A DNA stretch of 63,788 nt, the filler included. It is 16 parts of 16 records of this genome, joined end to end, with 100 filler letters (N's around TTAATTAATTAA, not from the genome) between each part and the next. Parts side by side here need not be neighbours in the genome. Positions count along the whole stretch, not along the records: positions 1 to 3,577 come from SRR15195285_13633; positions 3,678 to 7,490 come from SRR15195285_13687; positions 7,591 to 11,203 come from SRR15195285_13733; 13 more parts are not named here. One strand, 5' to 3'. A model generated the notes under the pieces. The model was not told the DNA's origin. It ran no database searches and was given only the letters and a program-made list of their open reading frames with translations. The position numbers and the translations under genes are program-made. Shown one piece after another: positions 1 through 11,173 of the stretch (positions are counted from its first letter, which is position 1; every line of letters starts with the position of its first letter).

Positions 1-3000
1 AGCCGCGAGTGAAATTTTACCTTGTTGTCTTCAGTGTAGGACATCAAGTGAACACGGTGAGAAGTCTTCACGGGCCAGCGACCGTCTGCAGCGACCACAA
101 AAAGGAAGTCTGCCTGAGTCGCGCCGTAGTCCTTCGGTGGTAAGCTGTTCCGATGGGCGATCATCGCTCGTGCAAGCCCTGTCGTGCATGTAAGCTGACG
201 CTGACGGCGCCGCTGTTTGCGAATGAGCTCACGTCCGTCGCCTGGAAGAGGCTGGCAGCCTGCTAGAGGTGTTAGCAAGTCACCCTCAATATTCAACGCA
301 CGCCGAATCGCCATAGCATCACCACCACTTTGGTCTTCATCATCAAGCTGGCCAGTCTGCCATGCGCGGTGGGAAGGCAGCGCCATTGGCTTTGGTGGTG
401 GCGTGGCAAGCTCTGACTCGAGAGTTGCCTCCAGCGCGGCATGCTTCTTGTTTGCTGCCAGCACGGCTTTCTCAGCCGCCAGCAGCGCAGCCAGCATTTC
501 TTCGCCGAGTGGTAAGCTGCGAGCAACTGCAACAGCTTGCTCCAAATCCACCATTTGCTGCTTCCAACGCTGTTCCTCTGCCTGAATGGAAACTTCAATG
601 GCAGCGCGATGTTTGCGCGCAGCCTCGCTAGCCACGGCAGCTGCAGCTTCGGCTTCGGATTTTGTGGGACCGGGGGGCAGCGATTCCGACAGCGGTGCCC
701 AGCCTTGAACGCCAAGCATTGGTGGCAGCGCATAGATAAACCGCAGGCGGGGCTCACCACCACTGCGGCGGTCACACTTGACTTCAAGACCAGCCACAAT
801 CTCTCCCTCCTCAAGACAACGCAACGGGCGTGAGTCTGCCTCAATGCCTTCGCGTGCCAGAACCTTGCGCTGTGTGATGTAATGGTGAGCTAGAGGGATG
901 TATTGACCAGTTGCAATCTGTCCTGTTACGCCACCCGTGGCCATCGTGCTAGCGTCACGACGGGTTCGCTCTCCCACAGCGAGCCGGAGCCGCTCGTGCA
1001 ACACATTTCCAAGCGTTGCCAGCAGCGGAACTCGTTCTGCCACCACAGCCCAGGCCAACCGCTGCCTAGCAGCGTGGCTCGCCCGACGCAGGTTTGCCCA
1101 GAGTCGTGTTCGCATCTCGTCAGTCACAGCATGCTTCGGGCTGCCGGACCCTTCCACCTGAAGCCACTCTGGTAGAGGCGTGGACTGACGCTGCGTGAAG
1201 TCAATCGCGTGGAGCTTCAGTGTCTTTTGCCGGCGGAATGGTCGCGCACGAGAAATGACCTCGTACCGAAAATCTAGCTTAAGATTCGTAAGCCGCGAAT
1301 GTGGTATCGCCGCGTTAAGACAGCGTATAGCATCCTCCAAGCCCCGAGAGGACCATTCCTTTGCGTTCATGTTAAAGGTCAAGAACGCACTCCGCAGTCC
1401 ACAGCCTGGGTGGGTAACGCCAGCTGCGACAGCCCGCAACCCGGCGTTTAGTGCGGCATTTCCGTGTAGGTCCAGCAGATTTAGTGCCGGGCAACAATGC
1501 AAAACACTTCCGATAGCAAGCACGCCCTCCGAGCTGAGCGCACATTCGTGCAAGATCAGCGTGTGCAGATTTGACTTCGGCAACTGAGCTGCAATGACCC
1601 CGGCACCGAGATCTGTAAGCCGTAGCTTATCCAGAGTCAGCGACCCTAACCATCGTGTGGCCTCTGGCTGAAACCACGCCTGATGTTCACCCAATGCCTT
1701 AGCTGACGCTGCGGCGGCAATTCTGTCTGCGATTACCCGTGTACGGCTCCAATGATCCATCGCACGGTCGCTCACCATGGCAGGATTGTCAGCCAGCTCG
1801 AGCTCGAGTATGAGGTCTTCAATGCACTGTTTCACCGTCTCCTCCAAGTGTCTCTCTTCATACTCACCGTCTGAGACCAATTCTTTTCTCTGCATGTTAT
1901 CGGTTGGCTCTTCTTGCTCTTCAACGGCGGCAAGTGCAGCGATGGCACGCGAACCGGCGATTCCTAGCCGCTGTCGACGCTTGACTTCTACTTGAACAGC
2001 CGATAGCACGCGTTCAGCATCCTCTGGCGAAATCCGGCGCCGCACAATCCCATCTGGATAGATTGTATCGCCAGAAAGAACCAGCCCGAGATCTTCGTCC
2101 AGGGCCGTGGCGATATGGTAAGCAATCATTTTAGCCGACCAATGTGGGCCGTCCCCAATCGCTGCTTGCCATTCCTCGCGGACGACGGCAGTTGCAGGAT
2201 CTTCCTCTGAATCACTGCGAGCGTTTGGAAACTGCAGGTTGAAATTCGCGCGAGTGCCACGCTCAAGCCGGTGGATCGTCTCCATCAGATGATCGTGCTC
2301 TGTCCAACCGCGTGTGCGCTCGAGCTCGGGGCCGTATTGCTTCCTCGTGAAGAACCCACGCCAGCGAGCTTGGATGACGATGACAGCAGGCAGCTGCAGT
2401 TGCTCGATGAACTTCTGCTGCTCCGCCCAGGACTGCTCGTCCTGTTCCGCACCACGGACCAGCATTCGCTGCTCAGGCTCGGGTTTTGGCTCAACAGATC
2501 GTCTCGTAGCCGTCTTACTAGCAGCCCTTGGACCAGCAGCGGCTGGCGTCGGCATGGTCTCAAATCCCTCAACGGAGCACACTTCAATCGGCAGCCAGAA
2601 TGCGGAAACCTCGCCACTTGTCTGGTGGAGACTTGCGGTAAACTGCAGCTCGACTGCGCGCTCTTCAGCTGAGACTGCCACGATGACCCCGTGTCTGCCG
2701 CAGAGGGCCACATAGGTCGCTGTCTTGCTGCGCCACGTTGCGAGCAGCGAATCTGGGTCTAGCATCGTACCTGAGTCGAGGTGTACGTAGCGATCGTGCA
2801 AGGTTTGCCGGAGTTTTTCCTCGGTGGCAACCTGGCAGCGCTTTCCAAGGCGGTAGTGCGCCGCATGCATGGCCTCGCCTTGCCGCTTCACCCTCGCCGC
2901 CTCGACATGCAGGATCCAACACGTGAAAACGTCGTACATCTTTCGATTGGCAAGCCGCCCAAGCATCGCGGCAACACGCTCGTCGCGCGTCATGCTGAGC

Positions 3001-3416
3001 TTCTCCTTGAGTTGCGCCAACCGCTGCGCTTCTTCCGCTTCTCGCTCCTTCACGAGCCGCGCCGCTTCTGCCGCCAATTCAGCCTCCTTGCGCGCGGCCT
3101 CCACCTGAAAGGCCTCCCGGTGCTTCTCCGACCGCCACGCTGTGCACACGCGGCACCGTGCGTCCTTCGGCTTGTTGTCTACAGTCATACACGACTCACA
3201 AGCCCAGTCTATCGTCTCCTCGAGCGCCCTCCGCCGCGCCTCCCCCTCCGCCGCAGCCGCGGCCACCTCACTCTCCGCGGCAGCAGCCGCCTCCTCTGCA
3301 ACCTCCTCCCGCAATCTGAGCAGCGCCGTCTCCGTCTCTGCCCCGCCGTCAGACGGCGCCTCCATCCCGTCCGCCCCGTCCGCGATGTTCCGTAGCAGGC
3401 CGTCCAGCGCCTCCAT
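1..3416 (-). CDS. Large multidomain protein (>1138 aa, runs off the window): RanBP2-type zinc finger, coiled coil, SH3-like segment, IQ motif, RNI-like LRRs
   Basis: Manual translation from ATG at 3416 has no stop down to base 1, so the ORF track omits it. Motifs: WACESCMTVDNKPKDARCRVC (RanBP2 ZnF), AVIVIQARWRGFFTRK (IQ), LTDLGAGVIAAQLPKSNLHTLILHECALSSEGVLAIG and LNLLDLHGN (LRR). Confidence 0.85.
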   Translation of the reverse strand, partial: MEALDGLLRNIADGADGMEAPSDGGAETETALLRLREEVAEEAAAAAESEVAAAAAEGEARRRALEETIDWACESCMTVDNKPKDARCRVCTAWRSEKHREAFQVEAARKEAELAAEAARLVKEREAEEAQRLAQLKEKLSMTRDERVAAMLGRLANRKMYDVFTCWILHVEAARVKRQGEAMHAAHYRLGKRCQVATEEKLRQTLHDRYVHLDSGTMLDPDSLLATWRSKTATYVALCGRHGVIVAVSAEERAVELQFTASLHQTSGEVSAFWLPIEVCSVEGFETMPTPAAAGPRAASKTATRRSVEPKPEPEQRMLVRGAEQDEQSWAEQQKFIEQLQLPAVIVIQARWRGFFTRKQYGPELERTRGWTEHDHLMETIHRLERGTRANFNLQFPNARSDSEEDPATAVVREEWQAAIGDGPHWSAKMIAYHIATALDEDLGLVLSGDTIYPDGIVRRRISPEDAERVLSAVQVEVKRRQRLGIAGSRAIAALAAVEEQEEPTDNMQRKELVSDGEYEERHLEETVKQCIEDLILELELADNPAMVSDRAMDHWSRTRVIADRIAAAASAKALGEHQAWFQPEATRWLGSLTLDKLRLTDLGAGVIAAQLPKSNLHTLILHECALSSEGVLAIGSVLHCCPALNLLDLHGNAALNAGLRAVAAGVTHPGCGLRSAFLTFNMNAKEWSSRGLEDAIRCLNAAIPHSRLTNLKLDFRYEVISRARPFRRQKTLKLHAIDFTQRQSTPLPEWLQVEGSGSPKHAVTDEMRTRLWANLRRASHAARQRLAWAVVAERVPLLATLGNVLHERLRLAVGERTRRDASTMATGGVTGQIATGQYIPLAHHYITQRKVLAREGIEADSRPLRCLEEGEIVAGLEVKCDRRSGGEPRLRFIYALPPMLGVQGWAPLSESLPPGPTKSEAEAAAAVASEAARKHRAAIEVSIQAEEQRWKQQMVDLEQAVAVARSLPLGEEMLAALLAAEKAVLAANKKHAALEATLESELATPPPKPMALPSHRAWQTGQLDDEDQSGGDAMAIRRALNIEGDLLTPLAGCQPLPGDGRELIRKQRRRQRQLTCTTGLARAMIAHRNSLPPKDYGATQADFLFVVAADGRWPVKTSHRVHLMSYTEDNKVKFHSR

Positions 3417-3577
3417 GCTGCCGTCGGCGCCGCTCCGCTGTCTCTGTCTCTGTCTCTGGATCAGCCGCCGCTCCGCTAGTCAGCAATGGGAAGGACTGCG
3501 GAGGTCAGTGACGGACTGATCTTCATCTGTTCAGTCAAGTCCTTACTGACGCTCCTAGACCTTCCAGTCAACTCCTT

Positions 3578-3677
3578 NNNNNNNNNNNNNNNNNNNNNNN
3601 NNNNNNNNNNNNNNNNNNNNNTTAATTAATTAANNNNNNNNNNNNNNNNNNNNNNNNNNNNNNNNNNNNNNNNNNNN
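3578..3677. other. Artificial contig-joining linker (first of 15)
   Basis: N44-TTAATTAATTAA-N44, which has stops in all six frames. The same linker occurs at 7491-7590, 11204-11303, 15073-15172, 18928-19027, 23412-23511, 26533-26632, 30162-30261, 34404-34503, 40308-40407, 44465-44564, 47937-48036, 51430-51529, 55196-55295 and 59961-60060. Confidence 0.99.
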
Positions 3678-3795
3678 CGGCGCGAGCCCTGGTGGAGAAG
3701 CCGAGGCCAAGGACTATCTAGCGGAGGTTAAGTTATCGACAGGGATTGCAAGACAACTTTTCACACCTTAAATCCTGACCACATATTTCACGACT

Positions 3796-6700
3796 CTAAT
3801 CTGCCCCGCCGCCTGCCGAGTCTAAATGTGCTTTGTAGGCTGCCACCAAGTCCTTGCGATTACGCTTTTTCATCACGTTCTGGACTGCGCCAGTCAAGCC
3901 GTGCTCCTTTAACAACTGGGTGCTAGAATTCTCTTTGAGCCAGCCCAGTAACATTTTCTTACTCACTCCAGATTCGTCTGACTGGAGCTCCGCAGGGTCA
4001 CACCGATTCTGCAGTAAATCTCGTGCGCTATTGTGGTCGCCACGACTTTGGTAGCCGGCACTAGCTGCGTTCTTGTCACGTTTGTCGGCTCCAGGATGCT
4101 GGCCGACTTGCCGATCGGTTGCGGCAGCGGCAGGAGCAGGTTGGGAGCCGCTGGGGGTCGCAGCGGGCGGTGTCACGTCCTCGGGTCCATCCGGGCTCGG
4201 TGCGTCGTCATCTGCAGTCGACGCCGTATCGACCACCCCTATGCCTGCGTCCACTTTATGGGAGCGGACTGCGCTATGCGTGCCGGCAGCTGCAACTTCA
4301 CTGTCGCGAGCAAGTGAGGAGCCATCAGGCACGATATCAAGATCGTCATTTCCAGCCTCTGGTAGGCTGTCGGCTGGAAATGCTTCGCGCTGCTCGTCTT
4401 CCATCATCTTCAACAGTTCTTGTTTCCGAGCTGCATCAATCTTCACCACAAGGTCTACAGCGCTAGATGGCATCCCTGCATCTTGAGTACCTCTGCCATT
4501 ATCCGCTTGAGCGTCAGTGGCAGCTTTCCGGGATTCTGCATCCAAGAGGGATTCCTCAGGCAAATCGTCGATGGTCACAGGGTCATGTGTGCGCATGTCG
4601 TCTGCTTGAGATGGCCCGCCGGCGTCTGACTCCGCGCTCCAACTACCTAATTCCTCACTGTCGTTCGACTCTGCATCTGCTGCGGTATCGCAATCCTTCG
4701 GCGGAAACAATTCAATCGGAGGATCATCATCGTCGCTGCTGCTATTGCTGAACTCATCGTGACCGTCGTTTTCACTCGTGTCACTGGTGTCAGGCTCCAT
4801 CTCGCTCAACTTGGACATGTTCGCTGAGTCAGGTCGATGGTGGCTGTCGTGTGTAGCTGCAATGACGGGATCAGGAAGCTGCTTAGTCGCCAGCCGCTTC
4901 TCGCGTTCCTGGTGCAACCGATGAAGATCGTTGTGGCGCTCCTCCAAAAGCTGCTGCAGCTCGCCGCGTAGCTCATCGCTTATTTCCTCTCCTGGGCGCA
5001 TATGCTGGTGCAAGGCTTCGATATCCTCGTCATAGCTGTGCTCAACCTGTTGCAAAACCTTGTTGAAAATCATTTCGTCGTACAGGATGTCACTGACTTC
5101 CTGAACGAGTGTGTCCTTATAACTAGTTGCATCCATCTCCGCATACTTAAGGTGTACAGCTACAATCGTCTCACGTAGACGTGAATCAAAGCGGTGCTGT
5201 CCCTCGGCCACCGCAAGGATGCGTTGTGCCACCATTTCAAGGTGCTGAACTGTGAGCGTCACAGATTCTTCACCATGCGCAGCTGCCTCGTTCAGGCTCT
5301 TCCCAGCCTCAATCAAAGTTGTCAGAACGTTCCTAAGCTCGCACCCGACTGCTTCGTTGTGCCTGATCTCGCCACTATATTCTTGGGTCAGAATGTTCAT
5401 TTTTGTGGTGCTGCCAGAGCCTGGGTCTGATTCTGAGCTCGAGTAACTGTAACCCGATTGGTCGCCACTGCTATCGTCGGCAGATTCAATGCCTCCCGCA
5501 AACTCACGGTGTCTGCCTTTCGTGCACGCCTTGATGGCTTCTACGTAGTTCTGGTCGTCTATCGTCGGGTCTACGCTCCCCATATCTTCACGGTACGAGG
5601 ATGATGTAGACACTGAGCTTGCACTATCGGCAGTTTCTACGTAGTCGTATGCTCCGGAAAGCGGGGCGGTGTGCACGTCATCGTGATCGCTGGTGCTCAG
5701 GTGACTTGGCGTGTTGTTCGATGCCCCAAGATTTGGCATGTTCGACTGATGTGCGTCACCAGCCATATCGGGCGGAGGGAAGCTAGAGCTGATGAAAGAG
5801 CGATGACCTTCAGCTGACGTTGGGCGTGCTGTCGGATCCGTTCCGCGAAGGCCGCTCGTTTGCCCTGATGGAGCAGAGCCCGGTCGCAAGTCCGGCCGAA
5901 GGTCCGTCTCTGCTACCATGGCGCTGAGCTTGGTACGTTTTCCCCGTCGGCTGGGGAGCCGGTCACCTTGTTGCGTTCCGAGCAGCTCGGCTGCGATACC
6001 CATGCCAGTGCTGACACCCATTCCGGAATCATCAGAATCTTCGTGGACGAGCGTGTTGCGAACGGCTGTCAGTACGTGACTCTGCTGATCGAGTCCGCGG
6101 ACAGCTTTCAACTCTGAGACTAGAACACTCAAAAACTCGACTGTGCTTGGGTCGCTGTCCATCATGTCTTCAAACTCTTCTAACACTGAGTCGACCCTCT
6201 CCGCATGCTCACTCGAGCTGCTACTCTCTTGCGTGTTGTGCGCTCTAGGAGGCGCACCAGTTGGGTACTCTGAGGCCCCTGGAACTGTGTCGCTGCCAAG
6301 GCCACGGACTCCAGGATGCGGCCCTGGATCTGCCACCCAGTTGTAATTCTCGAGGTCCAGCGCAGATTCTGCCCCATCCCTGAACATGTTTTCGTGCGGG
6401 CCGAACTCATACGCTTCACTGGCGCCCTCGTCTTCTGTGTCACTCTCGTCATTTTCCATGCCGCCATCTGTCTGAAACTCCTGGAAAAACTCTCTTAAAA
6501 ATGCTTTACGCTCGGCATCTGGCATAGACTGGCAGAAACGCAGGGCAAGTCGTAGATCGTCACGCCGGACCCGCTCCTCGTGCAGAGCATCTTGCAGCGC
6601 CCCATCGCTTCGTGCTGAAGCAGGCTGGGTTGACGACACTGAACGCGCACCCGGCTGAGCGGTGTGCATATCTACTGTTGCATAATTGCTTTCGCTGTTA

Positions 6701-7490
6701 GTCCAATCACTGGAGGCTCGCATTTCCTCGGCATCATCGTCGTCGGCAAATGCCGAAGAAATATCCACAAGCTTGGGAGATGTTTGGGTGTCGAGCCGGA
6801 ACAGCACAGTGGTGCCGCTCACCACGTCGCTGAATGGTGGCAGGGCACCCAGGAAAGCGTCGAATGAAACTTCTTCCTCAGCGTCAGTGCACAGGGCATC
6901 CATCATGATCACCGCCTCAGCTTCGACCTCATGCGGGCGTGTGGAGTCGCCCCTGCCCCTCCTCAGGTGGCGGACGAGGTGGGTCAGCTCGGCCAGATCC
7001 AGGTGGCGATCCTCGTTCACATCGTATGTACGGAAGATGTACCGGGCACGCATCTCAGCCCACATGCCCTCATGCTCTGTCGTGGAGTCCATGGCGATCA
7101 CGCCCAGCAGAAACTCTCGATAGTCAATTGTACCGTCCATGTCCAAGTCGAAAGCTTTGAAGTACTGCCGGCAGTATTCACGCGGCACGTGCAACCAAAC
7201 CATCACGTCAGTGAACCCGTCGAGGTCGAGTCTTTCAGCACCGCCACTTGCGACCCTAAAAATGTTCAAAATGTTGGTGCGGTGTTGCAGCGTGACTCCG
7301 GCCGCTTCAAAAAGCGGCTCCAACGGGGCGAGCGCCTGTTCGAGCGGCTCGCTCTCCTCGGGTGCTCCACGCTCCGCATCGGCACTGGGGCGCGATGTGG
7401 TCGGGCTGCTTGCTGTCTGCTCTATCGTAACGCGACGGATGGTGTTCGCCTGCTTTTGAATCTCGGAGAGCTCCTCAATTCGCGCCCGCA
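3796..7490 (-). CDS. EF-hand protein (5'-truncated) with a long acidic disordered region and a C-terminal BTHB-like domain
   Basis: Frame is open to the contig edge. EF-hand loops FDLDMDGTIDYREF and YDVNEDRHLDLAEL. C-terminal KKMLLGWLKENSSTQLLKEHGLTGAVQNVMKKRNRKDLVAAYKAHL resembles the FKBP25/HECTD1 basic tilted helix bundle. Confidence 0.85.
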
Positions 7491-7722
7491 NNNNNNNNNN
7501 NNNNNNNNNNNNNNNNNNNNNNNNNNNNNNNNNNTTAATTAATTAANNNNNNNNNNNNNNNNNNNNNNNNNNNNNNNNNNNNNNNNNNNNCCGTGACCGA
7601 CAAGCGCGGACGGACGGACGCCGGGTGGGTGGACCCAGGACCGACGGCGGGACGTCTGCGTAGCGGGTCGGTGCTCGCTGTTTGGGTGGCGCTCGCTTGC
7701 AGCAGCGGAAGCAGCGGCAGCG

Positions 7723-8622
7723 ATGCGGCTGCTTTCGCTGACCACTGCCGCCGTTGCCTTGGGATGCGTGGGCTGCGTGTTGCCGGTGCGCGCGACGATG
7801 CCGGTGCTGGACGCCGGCTGTCGGCTGGTTCCGGTGGTCGCGCCAGCCACGGAACCGCCGCCCTCGGCTAGTGGCAAGGCGCCGCCGGGCACCTGCTTCG
7901 CGGACGACACCGGAGATAGAATGTTGCCTGAGGGCATAGAGGGTTGCTGCGGAGCGCTGGCTACGGGCAAGGTACCTGCGAAGCTGAAACCACCGCTCAC
8001 GTGTGAGAACACCAAGATGACACCCGAGATGTGCGCGGCAGCGTGCCTGGACGCTTTCGAAGATAAAGGTGGTGTCGTGGCCATCGGCGTCGAGTTCGCA
8101 ACTGAGTGCTACTGCACGAACACCTGGCCCGTGGAGAAGGCTGGCGTCGCCCAGAAGGTCCCGGCGGTGGCTCCAAGCAGCAGCTGCGGCATGCCGTGCT
8201 CCGGCGACGCCTCGAGCAAATGTGGGGGCACAAATTTCATTGAGGTTTGGAAGGTCGACTGCGGCAGCGACTGGGGCTGGGCTTTCCTGCTGACGGTGCT
8301 CATCTGCACCACGCTGTACGTTGGTGGCGGCACGGTGTACTCTGTAAAAATTCAGGGCACCCCGCCAGGATTGGAAGCTCTGCCTCACCGTGAGTTCTGG
8401 GCAGCGGCGCGGGGCCTCGTGGTAGACGGGGCGCGGTATACGAAGGCACGCGTCGACGAGGCCCGCGGCGGCGGTGATGCTGGCTACACTGGGATCGCGG
8501 AAGCGGAAGCAAAAGGGGAAACCAGCAAGTCCGTCGATCCAGACAGTCCCTTGCGGACTGACGAAAAGCCGGTCTTTGGCAGCGATGACGATGACGACGA
8601 CGACGATGAGCTGGTGGAATAG
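7723..8622 (+). CDS. Type I membrane protein: WSC domain plus M6PR/ATG27-like transmembrane segment and tail
   Basis: Signal peptide. WSC pattern MTPEMCAAAC...GVEFATECYC...CGMPCSGDASSKCGG. TM WGWAFLLTVLICTTLYVGGGTVY followed by GLEALPHREFW and an acidic DDDDDDDELVE end. Confidence 0.8.
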   Translation: MRLLSLTTAAVALGCVGCVLPVRATMPVLDAGCRLVPVVAPATEPPPSASGKAPPGTCFADDTGDRMLPEGIEGCCGALATGKVPAKLKPPLTCENTKMTPEMCAAACLDAFEDKGGVVAIGVEFATECYCTNTWPVEKAGVAQKVPAVAPSSSCGMPCSGDASSKCGGTNFIEVWKVDCGSDWGWAFLLTVLICTTLYVGGGTVYSVKIQGTPPGLEALPHREFWAAARGLVVDGARYTKARVDEARGGGDAGYTGIAEAEAKGETSKSVDPDSPLRTDEKPVFGSDDDDDDDDELVE

Positions 8623-8800
8623 GTAGAAGCTACAACAGCATGTGGATAGACAACTTGCGAGCATTCCGAAGAAAGAGCGAGCGTCGTTGATAACAATCCA
8701 CCTCTGTCGACCCAACACTTCCGCTGGCCCCGCACCCATCACCGTTCGCCTGTGCATTTCGTCGATATCGCGTTGGCACGAGCTCATCTCCACGACACCA

Positions 8801-10516
8801 TCACATGATCTCCTTGAAGAAGTCGTTGCCCTTGTTGTCCACGACAATGAACGCAGGGAAATTGACGACGTCGATCTTCCACACTGCCTCCATCCCGTCC
8901 TCCTCGAAGTCAAGTACCTCCACCTTCTTGATGTTGTTTTGGGCAAGAATCGCCGCCGGCCCGCCGATGGATCCAAGGTAAAATCCACCGTGTGTCTTGC
9001 AAGCATTCGTCACTTGTGGACTCCGGTTGCCCTTGGCCAACATCACCATGCTCCCGCCGTTCGCCTGGAACTGCTCCACGTAGCTGTCCATGCGGCCCGC
9101 AGTCGTCGGTCCAAAAGAGCCCGACGGCATCCCCTCCGGCGTCTTGGCAGGGCCGGCGTAGTAGACAGGGTGATCTTTCATGTACTGGGGCAAACCTTCC
9201 CCGCTGTCAATCCGGGCTTTCAGCTTGGCATGAGCGATGTCACGCGCTACGACGAGGGTTCCTGTCAGGCTGAGACGGGTCTTGATCGGGTACTGGTCAA
9301 GCAGCGCCAGCATATCCTCCATCGGCTGGTTCATGTCAACTTCGACCACCGGCGCTTCCTCTGCGTCTAGGTCGGGCTCTGGCAGGTACTGGCCTGGATC
9401 CTCCTCCAGTTGCTCGATAAATACCCCGTCCTCTGTGATCTTAGCGAAGCACTGGCGGTCTGCGGAGCAGCTTACCCCGATACCGACCGGGCAGGATGCG
9501 CCATGCCGCGGCAACCGAATGACGCGGACGTCGTGGCAGAAGTACTTGCCTCCAAACTGTGCACCAATACCCATATCTTGCGTGAGCTTGAGCACCTCCT
9601 GCTCCAACTCAACGTCGCGGAACGCGCGGCCAGAGCTGTTGCCCTCGATGGGTAGGTTGTCTAGGTATTTCGCCGACGCATACTTCACAGTAGTCAGGTT
9701 AAGCTCAGCAGAGAGGCCACCCACAACGATTGCGAGATGGTACGGGGGGCATGCAGCAGTGCCGAGAGTCTTGATCTTCTCCTCGAGGAAAGCCAGCAGC
9801 GACTTCGGGTTGAGCAGAGCCTTGGTCTGCTGGTAGAGGAACGTCTTGTTGGCGGAGCCGCCACCCTTCGCCATGAACATGAACTTGTAAGCGTCACCCT
9901 GGGTCGCGTACAGGTTAATCTGCGCCGGCAAATTCGTCTTCGTGTTCACCTCCTTGTACATATCAAGCGGCGCCACCTGCGAGTATCGGAGGTTGGTCTC
10001 TGTGTACGTGTCGAAGACACCTTTGGAGAGCGCCTCCTCGTCGTTTCCATCGGTCCAGACGCGTCCCCCGCGCTTGCCGACCACGATGGCTGTGCCTGTG
10101 TCCTGGCACGACGGCAGCACGTACCCCGCCGCGACGTTGGCGTTCTTCAGTAGCTCGAGCGCGACAAACTTGTCGTTCTCCGTCGCCTCCGGGTCGTCGA
10201 GGATCTTCTTGAGCTGGCCCAAGTGCGCCGGGCGAAGCAGGTGCGCGATGTCCCGCATCGCCGTCTTGGCGAGCAACGTGAGCGCCTCCGGCTCAACCTT
10301 GAGCACCTTCTCGCCGTCCACCTCGATCGTGGACACGTAATCGCCGGTGAGCTTGCGATACACCGTCTCATCCGGCTGCTCGGCTTGAAACAGGCTCTCA
10401 TAGTTGAAGGTCGCCATCCCAGCAACACCATTCCCCCGCGCCTGCACGCCGAGCCGCGCCGCCCTCGCCGTCCCGGCTGCGCCACGCAGCCGCCCCAACG
10501 CGCCGATCATCCTCAT
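8801..10516 (-). CDS. fumA: Class I (Fe-S) fumarate hydratase with probable mitochondrial presequence
   Basis: [41 protein letters not shown] and GPTTAGRMD motifs. Arg/Ala-rich N-terminus [22 protein letters not shown]. No introns. Confidence 0.97.
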   Translation of the reverse strand: MRMIGALGRLRGAAGTARAARLGVQARGNGVAGMATFNYESLFQAEQPDETVYRKLTGDYVSTIEVDGEKVLKVEPEALTLLAKTAMRDIAHLLRPAHLGQLKKILDDPEATENDKFVALELLKNANVAAGYVLPSCQDTGTAIVVGKRGGRVWTDGNDEEALSKGVFDTYTETNLRYSQVAPLDMYKEVNTKTNLPAQINLYATQGDAYKFMFMAKGGGSANKTFLYQQTKALLNPKSLLAFLEEKIKTLGTAACPPYHLAIVVGGLSAELNLTTVKYASAKYLDNLPIEGNSSGRAFRDVELEQEVLKLTQDMGIGAQFGGKYFCHDVRVIRLPRHGASCPVGIGVSCSADRQCFAKITEDGVFIEQLEEDPGQYLPEPDLDAEEAPVVEVDMNQPMEDMLALLDQYPIKTRLSLTGTLVVARDIAHAKLKARIDSGEGLPQYMKDHPVYYAGPAKTPEGMPSGSFGPTTAGRMDSYVEQFQANGGSMVMLAKGNRSPQVTNACKTHGGFYLGSIGGPAAILAQNNIKKVEVLDFEEDGMEAVWKIDVVNFPAFIVVDNKGNDFFKEIM

Positions 10517-11173
10517 CAGTCCGTCGCTGTTCTGCAAGCCCCGAGAGCTGCCCTCGGCGCACAAGGGCGTTCGTTACTGGGCGGGCCCCTGTATACGATC
10601 AAGAAGATTAGTATGTCGCTGTCCTGCAAGCAAGCCAAGCAAGCCAAGCAAGCCCCACTGCCCCTCCGTCAGCCCGGCGAGCGGCGTGGGAGAGCCACCT
10701 CAGCCCACAGCACTGGCCGCGGTTCCGTTTGATTCGTCGGTCTTAGGAAACAATGACAATGACAATTTCATTTGGGAAACCAATCCTAATCGCTAATCAC
10801 GTCGCTAACCGGTTCAATTGAAAATCGATCCGGCATGGTGAAATTCTCAATTGTCGTCCGCGCTCGGGTTGGGGTGGAGCAGAAGTGACGAGAGCCGTAC
10901 TGGTACATTACCGTTTATTTGTTTGAGATGCAGGGATGGACGAGAAAATCCTCGTACTCGCCGACCCATAAATCAACCGAACCGTCTCGCGCTCAGCTTT
11001 GGCGCCTAGGCGCCACCGCCAGGGCATTCTGCCTTTCTCTTGTCAGTATTCACAAATTACTTTGGAACTTCCGTCAGCCATCCTTGCCTGCCTCTCTGCC
11101 TCTACCCTTGCGCTGCCCGCTGCCTCTGCCGCCGCCGCTGCCACTACTGCTGCCCTAGAGCCTTGCCGCATAC

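Noticed and set aside
217-3519. Many short plus-strand ORFs
   Set aside because: Antisense shadows of the long minus-strand ORF 3416 to <1.
3490-3566. Imperfect inverted repeat upstream of the first gene
   Set aside because: Several mismatches and bulges, a single copy, and no boundary evidence.
3578-3677. Regularly recurring TTAATTAATTAA flanked by Ns
   Set aside because: Artificial contig linker, not a biological repeat. ORFs running into X residues are artefacts.
7543-9370. ORFs 7543-9006 (-) and 8642-9370 (+)
   Set aside because: Off-frame or antisense overlaps of the WSC and fumarase genes in GC-rich DNA, with no motifs.
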